64,000 nucleotides of DNA, taken from an uncultured Desulfobacterales bacterium. Its GTDB lineage: Bacteria; Desulfobacterota; Desulfobacteria; Desulfobacterales; JAHEIW01. Location of the stretch: assembly GCA_947259495.1 (NCBI GenBank), contig CAMYLV010000014.1:13761-77760 (forward strand), written 5' to 3'. Within the stretch, counting starts at the first letter, position 1, and every line of letters begins with the position of its first letter. The position numbers were made by a program, and so were the translations under genes. The notes below the pieces were generated by a model, which saw nothing but the letters and a program-made list of their open reading frames with translations, was not told the DNA's origin and made no database searches. This document shows, piece after piece, positions 17,982-26,971 of the stretch.

Positions 17982-19322
17982 TTATGAAGGGAAGCACTTT
18001 GCAAACGCCATCATCAGCTTTGGTGAACCCTTTATTCGAATCTTGCGGCTCAACAACGCCCATAGCAAATTCTTCTCCTTGGCCAAAAAATCCAGCCACG
18101 TGCGCGTATCTGCAGTAACATGCAGATCAGCAGTATCGACATGGCCCGCTTTAACTTCCAGGGTCTTGTTTCGAATGATTACGGTTGCCTCGCAATTATC
18201 CTCACCGGTAAATGTAAAATGATAGGTTACATCCAGTCCCTCTGATTGATTCCTTTGAAATACCACCGGCAAACTGGCAAGAAAATTTTGAGCGGAGTTG
18301 GGCCGCAGGCCGTTTCCAACACGTCTGATCGTTTTATGGGGATAACGTTTGGCAACATGGGCTTCCGCGTCAGAGCCGGGAATAACAAAAACACTTTCCG
18401 TATTGTTTTGCAACGGTTTGACAACCTGTTTCATATAAGCCTGACGATCGGCCAGGTATAGCCCGATGCGTTCATCGCCGGCCGGACAAGCCGCCAGGCA
18501 ATAGGAGGACTTGTTACAAATTCCGTAGCTTAAGCTCTGCCACATAGAGACGGTTTCCGGGTCGGCCACTTTCTTGCGGTAGTCGCGGACCGTTTTGCTG
18601 GTCACGATATTTTCCACCCAGTCTGCAAATCCTCCCAGACGCTCGCGGTAATTATGGGTGAAGCAATTTGAAAATTGGAAATTACCATCGTTGCCAACCG
18701 CACCGACCGGGCAAACAGCCGCGCACAGCTTGCATTCAATACAAGGATTGTAGTCTAATGGGCTGTCGTATGCCGTGGCCTCGCGGTCAACCAGAACCGT
18801 ATCCAACAAAATAAAATTTCCAAATCGCGGATGAAGTAGATTCCGGTTGTTTCCTAAATGCCCCAGGCCTGCGGCCACCGCAATCGGCTTGTGCGAAACC
18901 GGCCACATCTTGCCCGGCCATTTATCCAGGTCCATTGGAAATCCGCAGGCGTAATTCAGTGCGCCGACACCCTTTTGGGCCAGAACCTGGGTGACCTTGC
19001 GTGCAATCCCATCAGCTTCTTTCTGGGTTCTTATAAATTCAAGATCTCTTACAGCCTGGGATATACAACGGATATTTTCCGGATTCAGTCGACGGACAAA
19101 ACTTACCAGTGTTTGGGTGTGCGGAAAAATTTCCAGGATGTCTGCCTGATATTCGCCTAATTCAGGACGATTGATTTCAACCAGTCCGACATCATCGGCG
19201 CCGGCTTCCAGAACCTGCTGCTTTAGCCATTCGGCATCGAGAGTATTCGGCGCTTTTGTGGCCGATATTGCTTCCGCTTGCTCTCGATAGCGCTTTACGG
19301 TTGGGTGGTCTTCGAGTTTCAT
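17982..19322 (-). CDS. 4Fe-4S dicluster protein (QueG/reductive-dehalogenase-like core) with a C-terminal SCP2 sterol-carrier domain
   Basis: CIECKLCAAVCPVG and YCLAACPAG cluster motifs. The C-terminus ...LHVTADTRTWLDFLAKEKNLLWALLSRKIRIKGSPKLMMAF is SCP2-like. AAGGAGG lies upstream. Confidence 0.65.
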   Translation of the reverse strand: MKLEDHPTVKRYREQAEAISATKAPNTLDAEWLKQQVLEAGADDVGLVEINRPELGEYQADILEIFPHTQTLVSFVRRLNPENIRCISQAVRDLEFIRTQKEADGIARKVTQVLAQKGVGALNYACGFPMDLDKWPGKMWPVSHKPIAVAAGLGHLGNNRNLLHPRFGNFILLDTVLVDREATAYDSPLDYNPCIECKLCAAVCPVGAVGNDGNFQFSNCFTHNYRERLGGFADWVENIVTSKTVRDYRKKVADPETVSMWQSLSYGICNKSSYCLAACPAGDERIGLYLADRQAYMKQVVKPLQNNTESVFVIPGSDAEAHVAKRYPHKTIRRVGNGLRPNSAQNFLASLPVVFQRNQSEGLDVTYHFTFTGEDNCEATVIIRNKTLEVKAGHVDTADLHVTADTRTWLDFLAKEKNLLWALLSRKIRIKGSPKLMMAFAKCFPS

Positions 19323-19364
19323 CAGATAGCCTCCTTATGACGAATAGGGGTCTTTGTGCTTGAT

Positions 19365-19384
19365 TACATACCAACCAGTATGTA
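19365..19384. promoter_or_regulatory. candidate TetR operator 1
   Basis: The palindrome tACATACcaaccaGTATGTa lies about 45 nt upstream of the divergent 4Fe-4S/SCP2 gene. Confidence 0.5.
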
Positions 19385-19559
19385 TAATTAAAAAAATATG
19401 TCAAGCAAAAAAATGGCCAGCCCCCCTGTAAATCAAATTTTCATTTCCAGATACTTAATTTATAAATACCTGGAATTATATTTTATACTTTAATAACTGC
19501 GGACACCTAGACGATATGTTTGCCCATTAATTTTTCGTTGACATTCTCAATTAATAATG

Positions 19560-19575
19560 CATACTGGTCGGTATG
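19560..19575. promoter_or_regulatory. candidate TetR operator 2 (overlaps the tetR start codon)
   Basis: CATACtggtcgGTATG has the same half-sites as operator 1. Confidence 0.5.
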
Positions 19576-20166
19576 ATAAAAAGCAATCCAACACGGCAAA
19601 AAATTTTGGAATCAGCTTTTCAGGAAATCCATCTTCAGGGCTTTCAGGCGGCCAGTCTCAACTCAATTCTTACTAGATCAGACGTTACCAAGGGGGCACT
19701 GTATCACTATTTCCCAGACAAACAGGCTTTAGGGTTTGCAGTTGTCGAGGAGCTGATCAAAGAAGCTGTTTTGCAGTTCTGGCTGCGCCCGCTGGAGGAA
19801 GCCAGCGACCCGATTGACGGCTTGAAAGGTCTAATAAATGTGGCCGGCAAAAGCCTTTCAGATGAAGATGTTTTGCTGGGATGCCCGTTGAACAACCTCT
19901 GTCTGGAGATGTCACCCATTGACGATGGCTTCCGGCAGCGCCTAAAGCAGGTCTATGAATTATGGCGAGAGGGTTTTGCATGGGCGTTGCGCGCAGGTCA
20001 GACCAATGGAACGGTAAAATCAACTATTAATGCCATGGATTGCGCCACATTTATCGTAGCATCTCTGGCCGGTTGCCGCAGCCTGGCAAAGAATGCCCAA
20101 AGCCGCGACGTCTTGAACGCCTGCGGGCAGAATCTGACCCTCTATCTGGACACTCTTCAGCCGTGA
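19573..20166 (+). CDS. TetR/AcrR-family transcriptional regulator
   Basis: The N-terminal HTH RQKILESAFQEIHLQGFQAASLNSILTRSDVTKGALYHYFPDKQAL. Confidence 0.9.
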   Translation: MIKSNPTRQKILESAFQEIHLQGFQAASLNSILTRSDVTKGALYHYFPDKQALGFAVVEELIKEAVLQFWLRPLEEASDPIDGLKGLINVAGKSLSDEDVLLGCPLNNLCLEMSPIDDGFRQRLKQVYELWREGFAWALRAGQTNGTVKSTINAMDCATFIVASLAGCRSLAKNAQSRDVLNACGQNLTLYLDTLQP

Positions 20167-20202
20167 TCTTCTCTTTTTCAGCCCCACTTTAAAATCAGCG
20201 GT

Positions 20203-20240
20203 TAATACCTGAATCTTGCATGAAAATTAATGAGAAACTG
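20203..20240 (+). repeat. R2 motif copy b
   Basis: aatacctgaatcttgcatgaaaattaatgagaaactg. Confidence 0.7.
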
Positions 20241-20367
20241 GTTCTGAATTCTCCTCTAAGCCTTGAAATAAAAGCGTGATGGTATATAAATTGTATGGCA
20301 CGATAGAACTAAATTTTTGCCGGTTCCAGCATCGCTTATAAATTATAATTTTGTTGAAGGAACCTAC

Positions 20368-21330
20368 ATGCATATCCATACGCTGCAAAAATGGCAACAC
20401 CGCCACCGCTATAATATCGAAGACGGCCACGGGGAACGCAATACCCGCCGGGTTATTGTGCTGACGCTGTCCATGATGATCATTGAAATAATTGCCGGCT
20501 ATATGTTTGGCTCCATGGCCCTACTGGCTGATGGCTGGCACATGGGAACCCATGCGGTGGCGCTGAGCATCACGGCCTTTGCCTATTTTTATGCGCGTAA
20601 ACATTCGGATAACCCCAATTACAGTTTTGGGACCGGAAAAGTAGGTGTGCTGGGGGGCTTTACCAGCGCGGTCGTGCTGGCCGTCATTGCATTGCTCATC
20701 GGCGTTGAGTCCATTCAGCGGCTGGTTTCTCCCCTGCCCATTCGCTTCAATGAGGCCATTATAGTGGCATTCGTCGGTTTGGCGGTCAATGTAATCAGCG
20801 CTTTTTTGCTGCAGGGAAAACACCAACATCACCATGAACATCAAGCCCACGACCATGGACATACGAAGAAATTTCGTGACCACAACTTAAGAGCCGCCTA
20901 TTTTCACGTACTGGCAGATGCTCTTACGTCCCTGTTGGCCATCATTGCCTTATTTACCGGCAAAGCCTTCGGATGGATCTGGATGGATCCGATTATGGGC
21001 ATTGTCGGTGCCCTGATTATTTCTCGCTGGGCCTACGGATTGTTGGTGGATTCCGGGAAGGTGCTGCTGGACCGTGATGTCAACCCGGAGGCCATCGCCG
21101 AAATTCGATCACTGATCGAGGCGGATTCGGACAACCGGGTTGCGGATCTGCATGTGTGGCGGGTGGGCACCCACCACCTGTCGGCGATTGTATCCATCGT
21201 TACCCATTACCCCAAATCACCCGACCACTATAAAAAACTACTCGCTGATTATGATGAAATCGTTCATGTCACTGTAGAGGTCAATCCATGTGAAAGTGAT
21301 CCCTGCCTTGTCGATCCTCAAACGCCATAA
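20368..21330 (+). CDS. dmeF: cation diffusion facilitator, DmeF-like Co/Ni/Zn efflux transporter
   Basis: MHIHTLQKWQHRHRY...GSMALLADGWHMGTH and a His-rich loop HQHHHEHQAHDHGH. I chose the ATG at 20368 over the longer ORF. Confidence 0.85.
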   Translation: MHIHTLQKWQHRHRYNIEDGHGERNTRRVIVLTLSMMIIEIIAGYMFGSMALLADGWHMGTHAVALSITAFAYFYARKHSDNPNYSFGTGKVGVLGGFTSAVVLAVIALLIGVESIQRLVSPLPIRFNEAIIVAFVGLAVNVISAFLLQGKHQHHHEHQAHDHGHTKKFRDHNLRAAYFHVLADALTSLLAIIALFTGKAFGWIWMDPIMGIVGALIISRWAYGLLVDSGKVLLDRDVNPEAIAEIRSLIEADSDNRVADLHVWRVGTHHLSAIVSIVTHYPKSPDHYKKLLADYDEIVHVTVEVNPCESDPCLVDPQTP

Positions 21331-21505
21331 AGTTGACAGGCGCTACTATATTGTCCATCTTACGACTCAGGGGAATAAACTGATCAGTGGCATATTTCCA
21401 CGCCATGCCGGAATGATTGTATCTGAGATGGCGGTTCTCAACGCAAGTGAACAGAAAAAATTGAGCAAATTATGCAAAAAATTAGGATTAAAAAATAAAC
21501 CATAG
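21290..21505 (+). pseudogene. C-terminal remnant of a MarR-family regulator
   Basis: Only the wing and C-terminal helices remain (...DRRYYIVHLTTQGNKL...LNASEQKKLSKLCKKLG). The N-terminal HTH half is missing and that space is occupied by the 3' end of the CDF gene. Confidence 0.45.
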
Positions 21506-21522
21506 ACCGCAAACAGGAGAAT

Positions 21523-22140
21523 TTGACCATGAAAGTACTGATTGTTTTTTATTCCACATACGGGCATGTCTATAAAATGGCCGAGGCCGTTGCCGCAGGC
21601 GCAAAAAAGGTGGCCGGAGCTGAAGTCGACATTCGGCGGGTCCCGGAGACCTTGCCGCCGGAAGTTCTTGAAAAAATGGGCGCTGTCGATGCCCAAAAAT
21701 CATTTTCTCACATAGCCGAATGTTCTGTGGATGAGCTGGCCCAGGCCGATGCCGTTATATTCGGCACGCCGACGCGCTTTGGCAATATGTGCGGACAAAT
21801 GCGTCAATTTTTGGATGCCACCGGACAGCTGTGGGCAAAAGGTTCTCTGGTGGGAAAGGTCGGCAGCGTTTTTACCTGCAGCGCCACCCAGCATGGCGGC
21901 CAGGAATCGACCATTCTAACATTTCATGTCACCTTGCTGCACCACGGGTTTGTGGTGGTCGGCCTGCCGTATGCCTTTCAGGGTCAGATGCGAGTCGATG
22001 AGATTACCGGTGGGTCCCCATATGGCGCATCGACGATTGCCGGCGGGGATGGCTCGCGAATGCCCAGTGAAAACGAATTAGAAGCCGCACGCTTCCAGGG
22101 CAAACACGTGGCCAAAATTGCGTCAAAATTAACCGCTTAG
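21523..22140 (+). CDS. wrbA: NAD(P)H:quinone oxidoreductase, WrbA-type flavodoxin
   Basis: [21 protein letters not shown]...[10 protein letters not shown]...GGQESTI. Confidence 0.9.
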   Translation: MTMKVLIVFYSTYGHVYKMAEAVAAGAKKVAGAEVDIRRVPETLPPEVLEKMGAVDAQKSFSHIAECSVDELAQADAVIFGTPTRFGNMCGQMRQFLDATGQLWAKGSLVGKVGSVFTCSATQHGGQESTILTFHVTLLHHGFVVVGLPYAFQGQMRVDEITGGSPYGASTIAGGDGSRMPSENELEAARFQGKHVAKIASKLTA

Positions 22141-22236
22141 CCGCAATACAAAAAGCGCTTAATGACGCGTCCAGGCTGAAAAAAATTCGCTGCTGCTGAT
22201 AAGCGCAGATTATATACATTCTGTAAGGAGAATAAC

Positions 22237-23100
22237 ATGACACTGCAAGTCAGAAAAGTGGCCCGCATCATAGAGCCCAGGCCGGTGCTCGAAGGCGCCG
22301 GGGTGAGGCTTAAAAGGAGCATTGCCACCGCTGAACTGGATCATGTCGATCCATTTTTATTGTTTGATCATTTTGGATCCAGCAACCCTGCGGATTATAT
22401 GAAGGGGTTTCCCATGCATCCGCATCGCGGAATTGAAACCGTCACTTACATGATTGAGGGGCGTGTAAACCATAAAGACAGCATTGGTAATTCAGGAACC
22501 ATCACAGACGGTGATGTCCAATGGATGACGTCCGGCCGGGGCATCCTGCACGAGGAAATGCCTCAACAAATTGATGGCGAAATGAAGGGCTTTCAGCTGT
22601 GGGTCAACCTTCCGGCCAAACTCAAGATGACCGCCCCGCGCTATCAGAATATAGCATCCGATCAGATACCGAAGGTTCAGATCCAAGATGGCGTTAAAAT
22701 TAGGGTGATCGCCGGTGAAATAAACGGTGTCTCCGGCCCGGTAAAAGAGATTGCAGCCGAACCGATCTATCTGGACGTCTCGGTTCCACCAAACACCTCT
22801 TTTTCACAGCCGATTGCCAGCGGGCACGCCGCCATAGCCTATGTTTTCGAGGGTGAGGGTGTATTTGGCCCAGACGAAAGCGAACAGGAACCCGCGGTTG
22901 GCCAGCCGCGCCTGGTAGTCTTTGGTGATGGGGATCTGATATCGGCCCGGGCTATGGATCAAGGCATGCGATTTCTGCTGGTTTCAGGCCAACCTTTAAA
23001 CGAGCCCATAGCACGCTATGGACCGTTTGTGATGAATACGCAGTCGGAAATTGAACAGACGCTGCAGCAGCTCAAAAACGGCACCTTCATCCAGAAGTGA
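22237..23100 (+). CDS. pirin-family protein
   Basis: GFPMHPHRGIETVTYMIEG...HKDS.GN is the cupin metal-site motif of pirins. Confidence 0.9.
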   Translation: MTLQVRKVARIIEPRPVLEGAGVRLKRSIATAELDHVDPFLLFDHFGSSNPADYMKGFPMHPHRGIETVTYMIEGRVNHKDSIGNSGTITDGDVQWMTSGRGILHEEMPQQIDGEMKGFQLWVNLPAKLKMTAPRYQNIASDQIPKVQIQDGVKIRVIAGEINGVSGPVKEIAAEPIYLDVSVPPNTSFSQPIASGHAAIAYVFEGEGVFGPDESEQEPAVGQPRLVVFGDGDLISARAMDQGMRFLLVSGQPLNEPIARYGPFVMNTQSEIEQTLQQLKNGTFIQK

Positions 23101-23127
23101 TTTAATAACCTCATCTAATGCGCGATA

Positions 23128-23232
23128 GCTGCGTTATAAACCGATTCAAAATACTCGAATACTAACGTGTATACTCCGTTTTTGAATCGGTTTACGTCTT
23201 GCTCTCGAACATGATATGAGGCTCTAAAATCA
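23128..23232 (+). repeat. about 100-nt structured element (family R6), copy 1; candidate 3'UTR/sRNA hairpin
   Basis: A 15-bp perfect stem, taaaccgattcaaaa / ttttgaatcggttta, encloses a 28-nt loop containing ctc...tactaac.tgt...ctccg. It is homologous to 30686-30790. Confidence 0.55.
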
Positions 23233-23325
23233 CTTCTACACAATGTTGGCTATTATTTTACAAGAGGAATTATTCATTAAACATTTAAGCAGCAGTTTAA
23301 TCACAACCCAAATGGAATTAGCTGA

Positions 23326-23820
23326 ATGGTTTATCGCAAAACGGTTAAAGAAATTATCATTCTGGTGGGTGTTGCGGTGACACTGGCTTTGGTGGTTAAC
23401 TATCTTTCGCCAAAAGGTATTGCCCTGGTGGGACAGTGGGACACAGCCAAAGGCGTCATTACTGCCAATGCCACCAATGACGATGATTATCGCATTTCGG
23501 AAATCGACTGGATACCGGATGCCAGAAAAATATTTGATAACGGCGATACGCTTTTTGTGGACGCGCGTTCAAGGGATGACTATGAAAGCGGACACATCCC
23601 GGGAGCCATATCATTGCCAGTGGGCCAATTTAATGAACAGATTGAATCTTTCCTGAATCAATACCCACCTGATCAATCCATCGTTACCTATTGCTCAGGC
23701 CGAACCTGCGAAGACAGCCATCATCTGGCCCGGTTGCTCTCAGATGTCGGGTTCAGTGACGTACGGATTTTTATTGACGGCTTCCCGGGTTGGGAAGCGG
23801 AGGGATATCCGATTGAGTAA
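23326..23820 (+). CDS. membrane-anchored rhodanese-domain protein
   Basis: An N-terminal TM helix. The active-site loop is IVTYCSGRTCEDS, followed by GFPGWEAEGYP. Confidence 0.85.
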   Translation: MVYRKTVKEIIILVGVAVTLALVVNYLSPKGIALVGQWDTAKGVITANATNDDDYRISEIDWIPDARKIFDNGDTLFVDARSRDDYESGHIPGAISLPVGQFNEQIESFLNQYPPDQSIVTYCSGRTCEDSHHLARLLSDVGFSDVRIFIDGFPGWEAEGYPIE

Positions 23821-24289
23821 TTTAGGACAATCCATAATAAAAAACAGCTGGATCGAACTGGCGGCCCGTTGGATTCTGGGACTCATCTTTATTTATGCAA
23901 GTCTCCATAAGATTTTATCACCTGCGGATTTTGCCAAAATTGTTTACGGCTATGATCTTTTTCCGCATGTATTCATCAATCTGATTGCCATCATAATCCC
24001 GTTCCTGGAACTTATTGCCGGCCTGGCCCTGATCATTGGTGTTTATCCGCGCTCGGCTGCAATCGTCATTAACGGTCTGCTCCTGGCCTTTATGGCAGCA
24101 TTAACCATCAATCTGATTCGCGGCCATGAATTTGATTGCGGCTGCTTTTCCGCCGGCCAGAGCGGATATTCAAGCTCTACCAAAGTGACACTGGTACGGG
24201 ACGTCATCTATTTTGTGTTTGGTCTACAGATTGTTCTGTTTGAAGGTAATCGCAGAAGCTACTTTGGCCGACTCAATTCTCGGCATTAG
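23813..24289 (+). CDS. MauE/DoxX-family redox-associated membrane protein
   Basis: Four TM helices and the FDCGCF motif. A TTG start at 23813 follows GGAGGG and overlaps the rhodanese stop. Confidence 0.7.
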   Translation: MSNLGQSIIKNSWIELAARWILGLIFIYASLHKILSPADFAKIVYGYDLFPHVFINLIAIIIPFLELIAGLALIIGVYPRSAAIVINGLLLAFMAALTINLIRGHEFDCGCFSAGQSGYSSSTKVTLVRDVIYFVFGLQIVLFEGNRRSYFGRLNSRH

Positions 24290-24358
24290 CTTCAAATTCA
24301 TGTCAAACAGCACTGTGAGCCAGGCCGTCAGCTTTGGCAATATTAAATACAAAAATAG

Positions 24359-24399
24359 CAGGCAGAGGATATGACCCATTTCCTCTGCCTGTTTTTTTT
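24359..24399 (+). terminator. rho-independent terminator
   Basis: caggcagagga / tcctctgcctg is an 11-bp stem followed by T8. Confidence 0.8.
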
Positions 24400-24427
24400 A
24401 TTTGACAAAAAAATAAACTTATTTTAA

Positions 24428-24449
24428 TATTCAATTAATCTATTGAATA
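24428..24449. promoter_or_regulatory. candidate ArsR-type operator
   Basis: The palindrome TATTCAAT-taatct-ATTGAATA lies 15 nt upstream of the ArsR-rhodanese start. Confidence 0.5.
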
Positions 24450-24463
24450 ATTGAGGAAAAGGT

Positions 24464-25141
24464 ATGAAAAATCCAAACCGAGCGTTTAAAGATGCCATTT
24501 ATGAACAGTTTGCACGAATCGGAAAGGCCGTTTCCAGTCCGAAGCGACTGGAGCTTTTGGATCTGCTGTGCCAGGGCCCGCGAAGCGTCGAGGTTTTGGC
24601 CAAAGAGTCCAGCCTGACATTTGCCAATGCATCCCAGCATCTGCAGGTCCTGCGGGCATCCCGTCTGGTGGAGGCTGACAAAGAAGGCCTGTATGTCATT
24701 TACAGGCTTGCCGATCAAAACGTCTGTGAGTTTTTTCGGTCCATGCGGTTGCTGGCTGAAAGCAGATTGGCCGAAGTTGAGCAGATCAAACGCCGTTTCT
24801 TGGGGGGCAGAGAAGGGATGGAGCCGGTGGATTGCAAAAAACTTCTGAGGCTCCTGCGGGAAGGCGCCGTGACGGTTTTGGATGTCCGCCCGAGGGTAGA
24901 GTACAATGCCGGGCACATTCCCGGAGCCTTATCCATCCCCCTTAAAGAGCTGCAGCTGGGCCTGGCGGATTTGCCTCGCGATCAGGACATCGTGGCCTAC
25001 TGTCGGGGTCCATATTGCGTTTTATCCATTCAGGCTGTGGAAATGCTGCGTGCCCGGGGGTTCAAGGCCATCCGCCTTGAAGAAGGGATTCAGGACTTGC
25101 AGGCCATGGGGTTTCCGATCGCTGTTAACGAAGCAAGCTGA
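24464..25141 (+). CDS. ArsR/SmtB-family regulator fused to a rhodanese domain
   Basis: The wHTH SSPKRLELLDLLCQGPRSVEVLAKESSLTFANASQHLQVLR, followed by a rhodanese domain with the loop IVAYCRGPYCVLS. Confidence 0.9.
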   Translation: MKNPNRAFKDAIYEQFARIGKAVSSPKRLELLDLLCQGPRSVEVLAKESSLTFANASQHLQVLRASRLVEADKEGLYVIYRLADQNVCEFFRSMRLLAESRLAEVEQIKRRFLGGREGMEPVDCKKLLRLLREGAVTVLDVRPRVEYNAGHIPGALSIPLKELQLGLADLPRDQDIVAYCRGPYCVLSIQAVEMLRARGFKAIRLEEGIQDLQAMGFPIAVNEAS

Positions 25142-25231
25142 GCAGCAATAAATATTTACTGCTCAAACGAACGCGCGTGATCGTAACTTTCAAAAAAGAT
25201 TGTCCATAGGGACAAAAGGAAAGCTTGACCG

Positions 25232-26971
25232 ATGAGCGGTTTAAGAAAAGCTTTGCTGGCGCTGGCAGCCGTAGCGTTAACCGTGGGTTCCCTCTTGCAC
25301 GCGAATCAGGAGGTTGTTCCCAAAACAGCCACCTGGCAGGATGTGCTGACCGAGGCCAAGCAGGGCGATTACCGGATTATAGACACCGATAAATTATGGG
25401 ATCGCTATAAAAAAGATCCTGGAAAAACCCTTCTTGTGGACACCCGCCAGGAATGGGAATACCGAACCGGACACATCAAGGGCGCCCTCAATTTTCCGAT
25501 CGAGCCGACCTGGTTGTCGCGCTGGCGCAATAAAGGTGCACTGGGAAAATTTTTGGGGCCGGATAAGAATCGTTTCATCGTGTTTTACTGAGCGGGGCTG
25601 GCATGAGTCCGCAGCGACTCGGCGGCCCGGGTGGCCGTGACGCTGGGTTATAAAAACGTCTTGCGTGACCCCATGGGTTATCCGGAATGGCATGCCAGGG
25701 GTCTTCCCGTTGACAGCACCCCGGCCGGGCTTTCTGAGGTATCGCTAACACCCCAACAGTCAAGGCCCCTGCAGGGCTGGGGGATGATCTGGACGCTTCT
25801 GGGCATCTTTGCCGGCGGAATCGCCCTGAACCTGACACCGTGTATCTATCCTTTAATTCCAATTACGGTTTCCTTATTCGGCGGTCAGCGCTCTGAGAGC
25901 CAGCGAAAGCTGATGCTTCACGGGACCTGTTATATCGGCGGACTTGCGCTCACCAACTCGGTGCTCGGGGTGATTGCAGCCCTGACCGGTGGACTGCTGG
26001 GGAGTTTACTGCAACACCCGATGGTGCTCGCTCTGGTGGCTGCCGTCTTGATCTTTTTTGCCACCAGTCTCTTTGGACTCTGGGAAATACGCCTTCCATA
26101 CGCTTTATCAAAGATGGCTTCAAGGACTTACACCGGTTATTTTGGAAGCCTCTTCATGGGCCTGACATTGGGCGTGGTAGCCTCGGCGTGTATCGGCCCG
26201 TTCATTTTGGGATTGCTCACCTGGGTCGCCACCATCGGAAGCATATGGATCGCGTTTTTAATCTTCTTTACCTTGAGCCTCGGCCTGGGCTTACCTCTCT
26301 TTTTTCTGGCCCTGTTTTCCGGACAACTGAACAAACTTCCGCGTTCCGGTGAATGGATGCTGTGGGTCACGAAGCTTTTGGGTTGGATTCTGGTGGGCAT
26401 GGCTGCTTATTTTATTCAGCCGTTGTTACCTGAAACTGCAAAGATTTTCTTACTGGCAGCCGTCGCTTTAGCTGCGGCATTGCACCTGGGCTGGATCGAC
26501 AGGACTCGGGCCGGGTTCCGGGGGTTCGAGTGGCTTAGAACCGCTGCAGCCATCGTAGGCCTGATCATAGCGACTTTTCTTATCGGTTCATGGGTAATGC
26601 GAGGCCCCGGCGTGACCTGGCATCCCTACTCAGAGCAGGTATTGGCGGAAGCACAAAGATTGCAAAAACCGGTCATCATGGATTTCTATGCCGACTGGTG
26701 CGCCCCCTGCCGCGAGCTGGATGAAGTCACGTTTCATGATCCTGAAATCATCAAACAGGCGAAAAGCAATTTTACCATGATTAAGGTTGACTTAACCCGC
26801 AAAGGCAATCCGATTCACGAAAGTTTACTACGGCAATATGGAGTCAAAGGTGTGCCCACAGTTGTGTTTTTAGACCCTCAGGGAAAAGAACAGCGCGATC
26901 TGCGCCTGGTGGATTTTGTGCCCGCCGAACAATTTTTAATCCACATGGCAGAAATTAAGAAAACTCAATAA
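25232..26971 (+). CDS. periplasmic rhodanese - DsbD(CcdA) membrane core - thioredoxin fusion, read through two in-frame UGA codons (candidate Sec at 25589-25591 and 25604-25606)
   Basis: ORFs 25232-25591 and 25631-26971 share one frame. The rhodanese domain spans the gap as FIVFY-TGA-AGLA-TGA-VRSDSAARVAVTLGYKNV...GYPEWHARGLPV. Downstream are LNLTPCIYP, ASACIGP and a C-terminal WCAPC. There is an N-terminal signal peptide. Confidence 0.7.

Noticed and set aside
20203-20240. The R2 motif as a sigma-54 promoter, because of TTGCAT.
   Set aside because: No GG element (TGGCAC) lies at the required 12-nt upstream spacing. The copies occur in both orientations and within an operon.
23150-23175. TACTAAC in the R6 loops as an intron branch-site-like signal.
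   Set aside because: No group II or spliceosomal intron features surround it, and the resemblance in a bacterial intergenic hairpin is coincidental. It is kept only as a conserved loop block.
25589-25606. The in-frame TGAs might indicate an alternative genetic code (UGA read as Trp or Gly, tables 4/25).
   Set aside because: TGA functions as an ordinary stop in many well-delimited genes here, for example mrpC, the DUF4040 gene, tetR and pirin, which end at the expected family lengths. Recoding must therefore be site-specific.
25631-26971. An independent DsbD-like gene starting at the GTG at 25631, as drawn in the ORF track.
   Set aside because: No Shine-Dalgarno sequence precedes the GTG. 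The first approximately 25 residues are the C-terminal third of a rhodanese domain whose N-terminal part is in the upstream ORF in the same frame.
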